Source: Mobula hypostoma | Taxonomy: Eukaryota | DNA: 64,000 nucleotides | Reading direction: 5' to 3' | Assembly: GCF_963921235.1 (NCBI RefSeq) | Contig: NW_026948111.1 | Location: forward strand, 1-64,000 | Shown here: positions 41,351 to 55,900 of the stretch, in pieces | Numbering within the stretch: the first letter of the stretch is position 1 | How the letters are laid out: the number at the start of each line of letters is the position of its first letter | Position numbers and translations under genes: made by a program | Notes under the pieces: generated by a model | Database searches by the model: none | The model's input: only the letters and a program-made list of their open reading frames with translations | What the model was told of the DNA's origin: nothing

Positions 41351-43939
41351 AGGACACTGCCTTTTGATCACTGGTGGGATCACTCTGTTATCAGAGACAG
41401 AGGACACTGCCTTGTGATCACTGGTTGGATCGCTCTGTTATCAGAGAGGACACTGCCTTTTGATCACTGGTGGGATTGCTCTGTTATCCGACAGAGGACA
41501 CTGCCTTGTGATCACTGGTTGGTTCGCTCTGTTATCAGAGAGGACTGCCTTTTGATCATTGGTGGGATCACTCTGTTATCAGAGAGAGGACACTGCCTTT
41601 TGATCACTGGTGCGATTGCTCTATGAGAGAGAGGACACTGTCTTTTCATGACTGGTGGGATCGCTCTGTTATCAGAGAGGACACTGCCTTTTGATCACTG
41701 GTCGGATCGCTCTGTTATCAGAGAGAGAGGACACTGCCTTGTGATCACTGGTGAGATCGCTCTGCTATCAGAGAGAGAGGACACTGCCTTTTGATCACTG
41801 GTAGGGTCGCTCTATGAGAGAGAGGACACTGCCTTGTGATCTCTGGTGGTATCGCTCTGATCTCAGAGAGGACACTGCCTTTTGATCACTGGTGGGATCG
41901 CTCTATGAGAGAAAGGATACTGCCTTTTGATCACTGGTGGGATTGCTCTATGAGAGAGAGGACACTGCCTTTTGATCACTGGTGGGATTGCTCTATGAGA
42001 GAGAGGACACTGCCTTTTGATCACTGGTGGGATCGCTCTGTTTTCAGAGAGGACACTGCCTTTTGATCTCTGGTGGGATCGCTCTGTTATCAGAGAGAGA
42101 GGACACTGCCTTGTGATCACTGGTGGGATCGCTCTGTTATCAGAGAGAGGACACTGCCTTTTGATCACTGGTGCGATTGCTCTATGAGAGAGAGGACACT
42201 GTCTTTTCATGACTGGTGGGATCGCTCTGTTATCAGAGAGAGAGGACACTGCCTTGTGATCACTGGTGGGATCGCTCTGTTATCAGAGAGAGAGGACACT
42301 GCCTTTTGATCACTGGTGGGGTCGCTCTATGAGAGAGAGGACACTGCATTTTAATCACTGGTGGGATCACTCCGTTATCAGAGAGAGGACTGCCTTGTGA
42401 TCGCTGGTGGGATTGCTCTATGAGAGAGAGGACACTGCCTTTTGATCACTGGTGGGATCGCTCTGTTATCAGAGAGAGTACACTGCCTTTTGATCACTGG
42501 TGGGATCACTCCGTTATCAGAGAGAGGACTGCCTTTTGATCACTGGTAGGATCGCTCTGTTATCAGAGAGTGGAAACTGCCTTTTGATCACTGGTGGGAT
42601 TGCTCTATGAGAGAGAGGACTGCCTTGTGATCGCTGGTGGGATTGCTCTATGAGAGAGAGGACACTGCCTTTTGATCACTGGTGGGATCACACTGTTATC
42701 ACAGAGAGAGAGGACAATGTCTTTTGATCACTGGTGGAATCGCTCTATGAGAGAGAGGACACTGCCTTGTGATCACTGGTGGGATCGCTCGGTTATCAGA
42801 GAGAGGACACTGCCGTTTGATCACTGGTGGGATTGCTCTATGAGAGAGAGGACACTGCCTTTTGATAACTGGTGGGATCACTCTGTTATCAGAGAGAGAG
42901 GACGCTGCCTTTTGATCACTGGTGGGATCGCTCTGTTATCAGAGAGAGGACACTGCCTTTTGATCACTGGTGGGATCGCTCTATGAGACAGAGGACACTG
43001 CCTTTTGATCACTGGTGGGATCGCCCTATGAGTGAGAGGACACTGCCTTGTGATCACTGGTGGGATCGCTCTATGAGAGAGAGGACTGCCTTGTGATCGC
43101 TGGAGGGATTGCTCTATGAGAGAGAGGACACTGCCTTTTGATCACTGGTGGGATCGCTCTGTTATCAGAGAGAGGACACTGCCTTTTGATCACTGGTGGG
43201 ATCACTCCGTTATCAGAGAGAGGACTGCCTTTTGATCACTGGTAGGATCGCTCTGTTATCAGAGAGAGGAAACTGCCTTTTGATCACTGGTGGGATTGCT
43301 CTATGAGAGAGAGGACTGCCTTGTGATCGCTGGTGGGATTGCTCTATGAGAGAGAGGACACTGCCTTTTGATCACTGGTGGGATCACACTGTTATCACAG
43401 AGAGAGAGGACAATGTCTTTTGATCACTGGTGGAATCGCTCTATGAGAGAGAGGACACTGCCTTGTGATCACTGGTGGGATTGCTCTGTTCTCAGAGAGA
43501 GGACACTGCCTTTTGATCACTGGTGGGATTGCTCTATGAGAGAGAGGACACTGCCTTTTGATCACTGGTGGGATCACTCTGTTATCAGAGAGAGAGGACA
43601 CTGCCTTTTGATCACTGGTGGGATCGCTCTGTTATCAGAGAGAGGACACTGCCTTTTGATCACTGGTGGGATCGCTCTATGAGAGAGAGGACACTGCCTT
43701 TTGATCACTGGTGGGATCGCTCTATGAGAGAGAGGACACTGCCTTGTGATCACTGGTGGGATCGCTCTGTTATCAGAGAGAGGACACTGCCTTGTGATCG
43801 CTGGTGGGATTGCTCTATGAGAGAGAGGACACTGCCTTTTGATCACTGGTGGGATCACTCCGTTATCAGAGAGAGGACTGCCTTTTGATCACTGGTGGGA
43901 TTGCTCTATGAGAGAGAGGACTGCCTTGTGATCGCTGGT

Positions 43940-46900
43940 GGGATTGCTCTATGAGAGGAAACTGCCTTTTGATCACTGGTGGGATCACTCTGTTATCAGA
44001 GCGAGAGAGGACAATGTCTTTTGATCACTGGTGGAATCGCTCTATGAGAGAGAGGACACTGCCTTGTGATCACTGGTGGGATCGCTCTGTTATCAGAGAG
44101 AGGACACTGCCTTGTGATCACTGGTGGGATCGCTCTGTTATCAGAGAGAGGACACTGCCTTTTGATCACTGGTGGGATTGCTCTATGAGAGAGAGGACAC
44201 TGCCTTTTGATCACTGGTGGGATCACTCTGTTATCAGAGAGAGAGGACACTGCCTTTTGATCACTGGTGGGATCGCTCAAGAGAGAGAGGACACTGCCTT
44301 GTGATCATTGTTGGTATCGCTCTGTTATCAGAGAGAGGACACTGCCTTTAGATCACTGGTGGGATCGCTACATTATCAAAGAGAGGACACTGCCTTTTGA
44401 TCACTGGTGGGATCGCTCTATGAGAGAGAGGACACTGCCTTTTGATCACTGGTGGGATCGCTCTGTTATCAGAGAGAGGACACTGCCTTTTGATCACTGG
44501 TGGAATCACTCTGTTATCAGAGACAGAGGACACTGCCTTGTGATCACTGGTGTGATCACTCTGTTATCAGAGAGAGAGGACACTCCCTTTTCATCACTGG
44601 TGGGATCGCTCTATGAGAGAGAGGACACTGCCTTTTGATCACTGGTGGGATCACTCTGTTATCAGAGGGAGAGGACACTGCCTTTTGATCACTGGTGGGA
44701 TCGCTCTATGAGAGAGAGGACACTGCCTTGTGACCACTGGTGGGATCGCTCTGTTATCAGAGAGAGGACACTGCCTAGTGATCACTGGTGGGATCGCTCT
44801 GTTATCAAAGAGAGGACACTGCCTTTTGATCACTGGTGGGATTGCTCTATGAGAGAGAGGACACTGCCTTTTGATCACTGGTGGGATTGCTCTATGAGAG
44901 AGAGGACACTGCCTTTTGATCACTGATGGGATCGCTCTGTTATCAGAGAGAGAGGACACTGCCTTGTGATTACTGGTGGGATCGCTCTGTTATCAGAGAG
45001 AGAGGACACTGCCTTTTGATCACTGGTGGGGTCGCTCTATGAGAGAGAGGACACTGCCTTGTGATCACTGGTGGGATCGCTCTGTTATCAGAGAGGACAC
45101 TGCCTTTTGATCACTGGTGGGATTGCTCTGTTATCAGCGAGAGGACACTGCCTTTTGATCACTGGTGCGATTGCTCTATGAGAGAGAGGACACTGCCTTT
45201 TCATGACTGGTGGGATCGCTCTGTTATCAGAGAGGACACTGCCTTTTGATCACTGGTGGGATCGCTCTGTTATCAGAGAGAGAGGACACTGCCTTTTGAT
45301 CACTGGTGGGATCGCTCTGTTATCAGAGAGAGAGGACACTGCCTTTTGATCACTGGTGGGGTCGCTCTATGAGAGAGAGGACACTGCCTTTTGATCACTG
45401 GTGTGATCGCTCTGTTATCAGAGAGGACACTGCCTTTTGATCACTGGTGGGATCGCTCTATGAGAGAGAGGACACTGCCTTTTGATCACTGGTGGGATTG
45501 CTCTATGAGAGAGAGGACACTGCCTTTTGATCACTGGTGGGATCGCTCTGTTTTCAGTGAGGACACTGCCTTTTGATCTCTGGTGGGATCGCTCTGTTAT
45601 CAGAGAGAGAGAGGACAATGTCTTTTGATCACTTGTGGGATCGCCCTATGAGAGAGAGGACACTGCCTTGTGATCACTGGCGGGATCGCTCTGTTATCAG
45701 AGAGAGGATGCTGCCTTTTGATCACTGGTGGGATCACTCTGTTATCAGAGAGAGAGGACACTGCCTTTAGATCACTGGTGGGGTCGCTCTATGAGAGAGA
45801 GGACACTACCTTTTGATCACTGGTGGGATCACTCTGTTATCAGAGAGAGATGACACTGCCTTGTGATCACTGGTGGGATCGCTCTGTTATCAGGGAGAGG
45901 ACACTGCCTTTTGATCACTGGTGGGATCACTCTGTTATCAGAGAGAGGACACTGCCTTTTGATCACTGGTGGGATCACTCCGTTATCAGAGAGAGGACAC
46001 TGTCTTTTGATCATTCGTGGGATTTCTCTATGAGAGAGAGGACACTGCCTTTTGATCACTGGTGGGATCGCTCTGTTATCAGAGAGAGAGGACACTGCCT
46101 TGTGATCACTGGTGGGATCGCTCTGTTATCACAGAGAGGACACTGCCTTTTGATCACTGGTGGGATCGCTACATTATCAAAGAGAGGACACTGCCTTTTG
46201 ATCATGGGTGGGATCGCTCTATGAGAGAGAGGACACTGCCTTTTGATCACTGGTGGGATCGCTCTGTTATCAGAGAGAGGACACTGCCTTTTGATCACTG
46301 GTGGGATCACTCTGTTATCAGAGACAGAGGACACTGCCTTGTGATCACTGGTTGGATCGCTCTGTTATCAGAGAGGACACTGCCTTTTGATCACTGGTGG
46401 GATTGCTCTGTTATCCGACAGAGGACACTGCCTTGTGATCACTGGTTGGTTCGCTCTGTTATCAGAGAGGACTGCCTTTTGATCATTGGTGGGATCACTC
46501 TGTTATCAGAGAGAGGACACTGCCTTTTGATCACTGGTGCGATTGCTCTATGAGAGAGAGGACACTGTCTTTTCATGACTGGTGGGATCGCTCTGTTATC
46601 AGAGAGGACACTGCCTTTTGATCACTGGTCGGATCGCTCTGTTATCAGAGAGAGAGGACACTGCCTTGTGATCACTGGTGGGATCGCTCTGCTATCAGAG
46701 AGAGAGGACACTGCCTTTTGATCACTGGTAGGGTCGCTCTATGAGAGAGAGGACACTGCCTTGTGATCTCTGGTGGTATCGCTCTGATCTCAGAGAGGAC
46801 ACTGCCTTTTGATCACTGGTGGGATTGCTCTATGAGAGAGAGGACACTGCCTTTTGATCACTGGTGGGATTGCTCTATGAGAGAGAGGACACTGCCTTTT

Positions 46901-49900
46901 GATCACTGGTGGGATTGCTCTATGAGAGAGAGGACACTGCCTTTTGATCACTGGTGGGATCGCTCTGTTTTCAGAGAGGACACTGCCTTTTGATCTCTGG
47001 TGGGATCGCTCTGTTATCAGAGAGAGAGGACACTGCCTTGTGATCACTGGTGGGATCGCTCTGTTATCAGAGAGAGGACACTGCCTTTTGATCACTGGTG
47101 CGATTGCTCTATGAGAGAGAGGACACTGTCTTTTCATGACTGGTGGGATCGCTCTGTTATCAGAGAGAGAGGACACTGCCTTGTGATCACTGGTGGGATC
47201 GCTCTGTTATCAGAGAGAGAGGACACTGCCTTTTGATCACTGGTAGGGTCGCTCTATGAGAGAGAGGACACTGCATTTTGATCACTGGTGGGATCACTCC
47301 GTTATCAGAGAGAGGACTGCCTTGTGATCGCTGGTGGGATTGCTCTATGAGAGAGAGGACACTGCCTTTTGATCACTGGTGGGATCGCTCTGTTATCAGA
47401 GAGAGGACACTGCCTTTTGATCACTGGTGGGATCACTCCGTTATCAGAGAGAGGACTGCCTTTTGATCACTGGTAGGATCGCTCTGTTATCAGAGAGTGG
47501 AAACTGCCTTTTGATCACTGGTGGGATTGCTCTATGAGAGAGAGGACTGCCTTGTGATCGCTGGTGGGATTGCTCTATGAGAGAGAGGACACTGCCTTTT
47601 GATCACTGGTGGGATCACACTGTTATCACAGAGAGAGAGGCCACTGTCTTTTGATCACTGGTGGAATCGCTCTATGAGAGAGAGGACACTGCCTTGTGAT
47701 CACTGGTGGGATCGCTCTGTTATCAGAGAGAGGACACTGCCTTGTGATCACTGGTGGGATCGCTCTGTTATCAGAGAGAGAGGACACTGCCTTTTGATCA
47801 CTGGTAGGGTCGCTCTATGAGAGAGAGGACACTGCATTTTAATCACTGGTGGGATCACTCCGTTATCAGAGAGAGGACTGCCTTGTGATCGCTGGTGGGA
47901 TTGCTCTATGAGAGAGAGGACACTGCCTTTTGATAACTGGTGGGATCACTCTGTTATCAGAGAGAGAGGACGCTGCCTTTTGATCACTGGTGGGATCGCT
48001 CTGTTATCAGAGAGAGGACACTGCCTTTTGATCACTGGTGGGATCGCTCTATGAGACAGAGGACACTGCCTTTTGATCACTGGTGGGATCGCCCTATGAG
48101 TGAGAGGACACTGCCTTGTGATCACTGGTGGGATCGCTCTATGAGAGAGAGGACTGCCTTGTGATCGCTGGAGGGATTAATCTATGAGAGAGAGGACACT
48201 GCCTTTTCATCACTGGTGGGATCACTCTGTTATCAGAGAGAGGACACTGCATTTTAATCACTGGTGGGATCACTCCGTTATCAGAGAGAGGAACTGCCTT
48301 TTGATCACTGGTGGGATTGCTCTATGAGAGAGAGGACTGCCTTGTGATCGCTGGTGGGATTGCTCTATGAGAGGACACTGCCTTTTGATCACTGGTGGGA
48401 TCACTCTGTTATCAGAGCGAGAGAGGACACTGTCTTTTGATCACTGGTGGAATCGCTCTATGAGAGAGAGGACACTGCCTTGTGATCACTGGTGGGATCG
48501 CTCTGTTATCAGAGAGAGGACACTGCCTTTTGATCACTGGTGGGATCGCTCTGTTATCAGAGAGAGGACACTGCCTTTTGATCACTGGTGGGATTGCTCT
48601 ATGAGAGAGAGGACACTGCCTTTTGATCACTGGTGGGATCACTCCGTTATCAGAGCGAGGACACTGCCTTTTGATCACTGGTGGGATTGCTCTATGAGAG
48701 AGAGGACTGCCTTGTGATCACTGGTGGGATTGCTCTATGAGAGAGAGGACACTGCCTTTTGATCACTGGTGGGATCGCTCTGTTATCAGAGAGAGGACAC
48801 TGCCTTTTGATCACTGGTGGGATCACTCCGTTATCAGAGAGAGGACTGCCTTTTGATCACTGGTAGGATCGCTCTGTTATCAGAGAGAGGAAACTGCCTT
48901 TTGATCACTGGTGGGATTGCTCTATGAGAGAGAGGACTGCCTTGTGATCGCTGGTGGGATTGCTCTATGAGAGAGAGGACACTGCCTTTTGATCACTGGT
49001 GGGATCACACTGTTATCACAGAGAGAGAGGACAATGTCTTTTGATCACTGGTGGAATCGCTCTATGAGAGAGAGGACACTGCCTTGTGATCACTGGTGGG
49101 ATCGCTCTGTTATCAGAGAGAGGACACTGCCTTTTGATCACTGGTGGGATTGCTCTATGAGAGAGAGGACACTGCCTTTTGATCACTGGTGGGATCACTC
49201 TGTTATCAGAGAGAGAGGACACTGCCTTTTGATCACTGGTGGGATCGCTCTGTTATCAGAGAGAGGACACTGCCTTTTGATCACTGGTGGGATCGCTCTA
49301 TGAGACAGAGGACACTGCCTTTTGATCACTGGTGGGATCGCGCTCTGAGTGAGAGGACACTGCCTTGTGATCACTGGTGGGATCGCTCTATGAGAGATAG
49401 GACTGCCTTGTGATCGCTGGTGGGATTAATCTATGAGAGAGAGGACACTGCCTTTTGATCACTGGTGGGATCACTCTGTTATCAGAGAGAGGACACTGCA
49501 TTTTAATCACTGGTGGGATCACTCCGTTATCAGAGAGAGGACTGCCTTTTGATCACTGGTGGGATTGCTCTATGAGAGAGAGGACTGCCTTGTGATCGCT
49601 GGTGGGATTGCTCTATGAGAGGAAACTGCCTTTTGATCACTGGTGGGATCACTCTGTTATCAGAGCGAGAGAGGACAATGTCTTTTGATCACTGGTGGAA
49701 TCGCTCTATGAGAGAGAGGACACTGCCTTGTGATCACTGGTGGGATCGCTCTGTTATCAGAGAGAGGACACTGCCTTGTGATCACTGGTGGGATCGCTCT
49801 GTTATCAGAGAGAGGACACTGCCTTTTGATCACTGGTGGGATTGCTCTATGAGAGAGAGGACACTGCCTTTTGATCACTGGTGGGATCACTCTGTTATCA

Positions 49901-52900
49901 GAGAGAGAGGACACTGCCTTTTGATCACTGGTGGGATCGCTCAAGAGAGAGAGGACACTGCCTTGTGATCATTGTTGGTATCGCTCTGTTATCAGAGAGA
50001 GGACACTGCCTTTAGATCACTGGTGGGATCGCTACATTATCAAAGAGAGGACACTGCCTTTTGATCACTGGTGGGATCGCTCTATGAGAGAGAGGACACT
50101 GCCTTTTGATCACTGGTGGGATCGCTCTGTTATCAGAGAGAGGACACTGCCTTTTGATCACTGGTGGGATCACTCTGTTATCAGAGACAGAGGACACTGC
50201 CTTGTGATCACTGGTGTGATCACTCTGTTATCAGAGAGAGAGGACACTCCCTTTTCATCACTGGTGGGATCGCTCTATGAGAGAGAGGACACTGCCTTTT
50301 GATCACTGGTGGGATCACTCTGTTATCAGAGGGAGAGGACACTGCCTTTTGATCACTGGTGGGATCGCTCTATGAGAGAGAGGACACTGCCTTTTGATCA
50401 CTGGTGGGATCGCTCTGTTATCAGAGAGAGGACACTGCCTTTTGATCACTGGTGGGATCGCTCTGTTATCAAAGAGAGGACACTGCCTTTTGATCACTGG
50501 TGGGATTGCTCTATGAGAGAGAGGACACTGCCTTTTGATCACTGGTGGGATTGCTCTATGAGAGAGAGGACACTGCCTTTTGATCACTGATGGGATCGCT
50601 CTATGAGACAGAGGACACTGCCTTTTGATCACTGGTGGGATCGCCCTATGAGTGAGAGGACACTGCCTTGTGATCACTGGTGGGATCGCTCTATGAGAGA
50701 GAGGACTGCCTTGTGATCGCTGGAGGGATTAATCTATGAGAGAGAGGACACTGCCTTTTCATCACTGGTGGGATCGCTCTGTTATCAGAGAGAGGACACT
50801 GCCTTTTGATCACTGGTGGGATCGCTCTGTTATCAGAGAGAGGACACTGCCTTTTGATCACTGGTGGGATTGCTCTATGAGAGAGAGGACTGCCTTGTGA
50901 TCGCTGGTGGGATTGCTCTATGAGAGGACACTGCCTTTTGATCACTGGTGGGATCACTCTGTTATCAGAGCGAGAGAGGACACTGCCTTTTGATCACTGG
51001 TGGGATCGCTCTATGAGAGAGAGGACACTGCCTTTTGATCACTGGTGGGATCGCTCTGTTATCAGAGAGAGGACACTGCCTTGTGATCACTGGTGGGATC
51101 GCTCTGTTATCAGAGAGAGGACACTGCCTTTTGATCACTGGTGGGATTGCTCTATGAGAGAGAGGACACTGCCTTTTGATCACTGGTGGGATCACTCTGT
51201 TATCAGAGAGAGGACACTGCCTTGTGATCACTGGTGGGATCGCTCTATGAGAGAGAGGACACTGCCTTTTGATCACTGGTGGGATTGCTCTATGAGAGAG
51301 AGGACACTGCCTTTTGATCACTGGTGGGATCGCTCTGTTATCAGAGAGAGAGGACACTGCCTTGTGATCACTGGTGGGATCGCTCTGTTATCAGAGAGAG
51401 GACACTGCCTTTTGATCACTGGTGGGATCGCTCTGTTATCAGAGAGAGGACACTGCCTTTTGATCACTGGTGGGATCACTCCGTTATCAGAGCGAGGACA
51501 CTGCCTTTTGATCACTGGTGGGATTGCTCTATGAGAGAGAGGACACTGCCTTGTGATCACTGGTGGGATTGCTCTATGAGAGAGAGGACACTGCCTTTTG
51601 ATCACTGGTGGGATCGCTCTGTTATCAGAGAGAGGACACTGCCTTTTGATCACTGGTGGGATCACTCCGTTATCAGAGAGAGGACTGCCTTTTGATCACT
51701 GGTAGGATCGCTCTGTTATCAGAGAGAGGAAACTGCCTTTTGATCACTGGTGGGATTGCTCTATGAGAGAGAGGACTGCCTTGTGATCGCTGGTGGGATT
51801 GCTCTATGAGAGAGAGGACACTGCCTTTTGATCACTGGTGGGATCACTCTGTTATCAGAGAGAGGACACTGCCTTTTGATCACTGGTGGGATCGCTCTAT
51901 GAGAGAGAGGACACTGCCTTGTGATCACTGGTGGGATCGCTCTGTTATCAGAGAGAGGACACTGCCTTTTGATCACTGGTGGGATTGCTCTATGAGAGAG
52001 AGGACACTGCCTTTTGATAACTGGTGGGATCACTCTGTTATCAGAGAGAGGACAATGTCTTTTGATCACTGGTGGGATCGCCCTATGAGTGAGAGGACAC
52101 TGCCTTGTGATCACTGGTGGGATCGCTCTATGAGAGATAGGACTGCCTTGTGATCGCTGGTGGGATTAATCTATGAGAGAGAGGACACTGCCTTTTGATC
52201 ACTGGTGGGATCACTCTGTTATCAGAGAGAGGACACTGCATTTTAATCACTGGTGGGATCACTCCGTTATCAGAGAGAGGACTGCCTTTTGATCACTGGT
52301 GGGATTGCTCTATGAGAGAGAGGACTGCCTTGTGATCGCTGGTGGGATTGCTCTATGAGAGGAAACTGCCTTTTGATCACTGGTGGGATCACTCTGTTAT
52401 CAGAGCGAGAGAGGACAATGTCTTTTGATCACTGGTGGAATCGCTCTATGAGAGAGAGGACACTGCCTTGTGATCACTGGTGGGATCGCTCTGTTATCAG
52501 AGAGAGGACACTGCCTTGTGATCACTGGTGGGATCGCTCTGTTATCAGAGAGAGGACACTGCCTTTTGATCACTGGTGGGATTGCTCTATGAGAGAGAGG
52601 ACACTGCCTTTTGATCACTGGTGGGATCACTCTGTTATCAGAGAGAGAGGACACTGCCTTTTGATCACTGGTGGGATCGCTCAAGAGGGAGAGGACACTA
52701 CCTTGTGATCACTGGTGGTATCGCTCTGTTATCAGAGAGAGGACACTGCCTTTAGATCACTGGTGGGATCGCTACATTATCAAAGAGAGGACACTGCCTT
52801 TTGATCACTGGTGGGATCGCTCTATGAGAGAGAGGACACTGCCTTTTGATCACTGGTGGGATCGCTCTGTTATCAGAGAGAGGACACTGCCTTTTGATCA

Positions 52901-55900
52901 CTGGTGGAATCACTCTGTTATCAGAGACAGAGGACACTGCCTTGTGATCACTGGTGTGATCACTCTGTTATCAGAGAGAGAGGACACTCCCTTTTCATCA
53001 CTGGTGGGATCGCTCTATGAGAGAGAGGACACTGCCTTTTGATCACTGGTGGGATCACTCTGTTATCAGAGGGAGAGGACACTGCCTTTTGATCACTGGT
53101 GGGATCGCTCTATGAGAGAGAGGACACTGCCTTGTGACCACTGGTGGGATCGCTCTGTTATCAGAGAGAGGACACTGCCTTTTGATCACTGGTGGGATCG
53201 CTCTGTTATCAGAAAGAGAGGACACTGCCTAGTGATCACTGGTGGGATCGCTCTGTTATCAAAGAGAGGACACTGCCTTTTGATCACTGGTGGGATTGCT
53301 CTATGAGAGAGAGGACACTGCCTTTTGATCACTGGTGGGATTGCTCTATGAGAGAGAGGACACTGCCTTTTGATCACTGATGGGATCGCTCTGTTATCAG
53401 AGAGAGAGGACACTGCCTTGTGATTACTGGTGGGATCGCTCTGTTATCAGAGAGAGAGGACACTGCCTTTTGATCACTGGTGGGGTCGCTCTATGAGAGA
53501 GAGGACACTGCCTTGTGATCACTGGTGGGATCGCTCTGTTATCAGAGAGGACACTGCCTTTTGATCACTGGTGGGATTGCTCTGTTATCAGCGAGAGGAC
53601 ACTGCCTTTTGATCACTGGTGCGATTGCTCTATGAGAGAGAGGACACTGCCTTTTCATGACTGGTGGGATCGCTCTGTTATCAGAGAGGACACTGCCTTT
53701 TGATCACTGGTGGGATCGCTCTGTTATCAGAGAGAGAGGACACTGCCTTTTGATCACTGGTGGGATCGCTCTGTTATCAGAGAGAGAGGACACTGCCTTT
53801 TGATCACTGGTGGGGTCGCTCTATGAGAGAGAGGACACTGCCTTGTGATCACTGGTGGGATCGCTCTGTTATCAGAGAGGACACTGCCTTTTGATCACTG
53901 GTGGGATCGCTCTATGAGAGAGAGGACACTGCCTTTTGATCACTGGTGGGATTGCTCTATGAGAGAGAGGACACTGCCTTTTGATCACTGGTGGGATCGC
54001 TCTGTTTTCAGTGAGGACACTGCCTTTTGATCTCTGGTGGGATCGCTCTGTTATCAGAGAGAGAGAGGACAATGTCTTTTGATCACTTGTGGGATCGCCC
54101 TATGAGAGAGAGGACACTGCCTTGTGATCACTGGCGGGATCGCTCTGTTATCAGAGAGAGGATGCTGCCTTTTGATCACTGGTGGGATCACTCTGTTATC
54201 AGAGAGAGAGGACACTGCCTTTAGATCACTGGTGGGGTCGCTCTATGAGAGAGAGGACACTACCTTTTGATCACTGGTGGGATCACTCTGTTATCAGAGA
54301 GAGATGACACTGCCTTGTGATCACTGGTGGGATCGCTCTGTTATCAGGGAGAGGACACTGCCTTTTGATCACTGGTGGGATCACTCTGTTATCAGAGAGA
54401 GGACACTGCCTTTTGATCACTGGTGGGATCACTCCGTTATCAGAGAGAGGACACTGTCTTTTGATCATTCGTGGGATTTCTATATGAGAGAGAGGACACT
54501 GCCTTTTGATCACTGGTGGGATCGCTCTGTTATCAGAGAGAGAGGACACTGCCTTGTGATCACTGGTGGGATCGCTCTGTTATCACAGAGAGGACACTGC
54601 CTTTTGATCACTGGTGGGATCGCTACATTATCAAAGAGAGGACACTGCCTTTTGATCATGGGTGGGATCGCTCTATGAGAGAGAGGACACTGCCTTTTGA
54701 TCACTGGTGGGATCGCTCTGTTATCAGAGAGAGGACACTGCCTTTTGATCACTGGTGGGATCACTCTGTTATCAGAGACAGAGGACACTGCCTTGTGATC
54801 ACTGGTTGGATCGCTCTGTTATCAGAGAGGACACTGCCTTTTGATCACTGGTGGGATTGCTCTGTTATCCGACAGAGGACACTGCCTTGTGATCACTGGT
54901 TGGATCGCTCTGTTATCAGAGAGAGATGACACTGCCTTGTGATCACTGGTGGGATCACTCTGTTATCAGAGAGAGGACACTGCCTTTTGATCACTGGTGC
55001 GATTGCTCTATGAGAGAGAGGACACTGTCTTTTCATGACTGGTGGGATCGCTCTGTTATCAGAGAGGACACTGCCTTTTGATCACTGGTGGGATCGCTCT
55101 GTTATCAGAGAGAGAGGACACTGCCTTGTGATCACTGGTGGGATCGCTCTGTTATCAGAGAGAGAGGACACTGCCTTTTGATCACTGGTAGGGTCGCTCT
55201 ATGAGAGAGAGGACACTGCCTTGTGATCTCTGGTGGGATCGCTCTGATATCAGAGAGGACACTGCCTTTTGATCACTGGTGGGATCGCTCTATGAGAGAG
55301 AGGATACTGCCTTTTGATCACTGGTGGGATTGCTCTATGAGAGAGAGGACACTGCCTTTTGATCACTGGTGGGATTGCTCTATGAGAGAGAGGACACTGC
55401 CTTGTGATCTCTGGTGGGATCGCTCTGATATCAGAGAGGACACTGCCTTTTGATCACTGGTGGGATCGCTCTATGAGAGAGAGGATACTGCCTTTTGATC
55501 ACTGGTGGGATTGCTCTATGAGAGAGAGGACACTGCCTTTTGATCACTGGTGGGATCGCTCTGTTTTCAGAGAGGACACTGCCTTTTGATCTCTGGTGGG
55601 ATCGCTCTGTTATCAGAGAGAGAGGACACTGCCTTGTGATCACTGGTGGGATCGCTCTGTTATCAGAGAGAGGACACTGCCTTTTGATCACTGGTGCGAT
55701 TGCTCTATGAGAGAGAGGACACTGTCTTTTCATGACTGGTGGGATCGCTCTGTTATCAGAGAGGACACTGCCTTTTGATCACTGGTGGGATCACTCTGTT
55801 ATCAGAGAGAGAGGACACTGCCTTGTGATCACTGGTGGGATCGCTCTGTTATCAGAGAGAGAGGACACTGCCTTTTGATCACTGGTAGGGTCGCTCTATG

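Larger units (their letters stand above)
18290..43100. repeat. Large tandem segmental duplication within the array: ~18.3-31.3 kb repeated as ~31.3-43.1 kb (offset ~13.05-13.10 kb, then 12.10 kb)
   Basis: Collinear ORF pairs: 18368/31421 (13,053), 19363/32419 (13,056), 21237/34289 (13,052), 22586/35638 (13,052), 23328/36423 (13,095), 25496/38585 (13,089), 27371/40466 (13,095), 29736/41836 and 30572/42672 (12,100). Rare variants such as ctggtatcaggga, ctgtttttag, ccttctgatt, cgctagtggg and gacaccacc occur in the same order. Confidence 0.92.

Noticed and set aside
50920..51534. Longest ORF (204 aa) as a candidate repeat protein
   Set aside because: It switches between repeat frames internally and coincides with an unusually consensus-like, possibly artefactual block.
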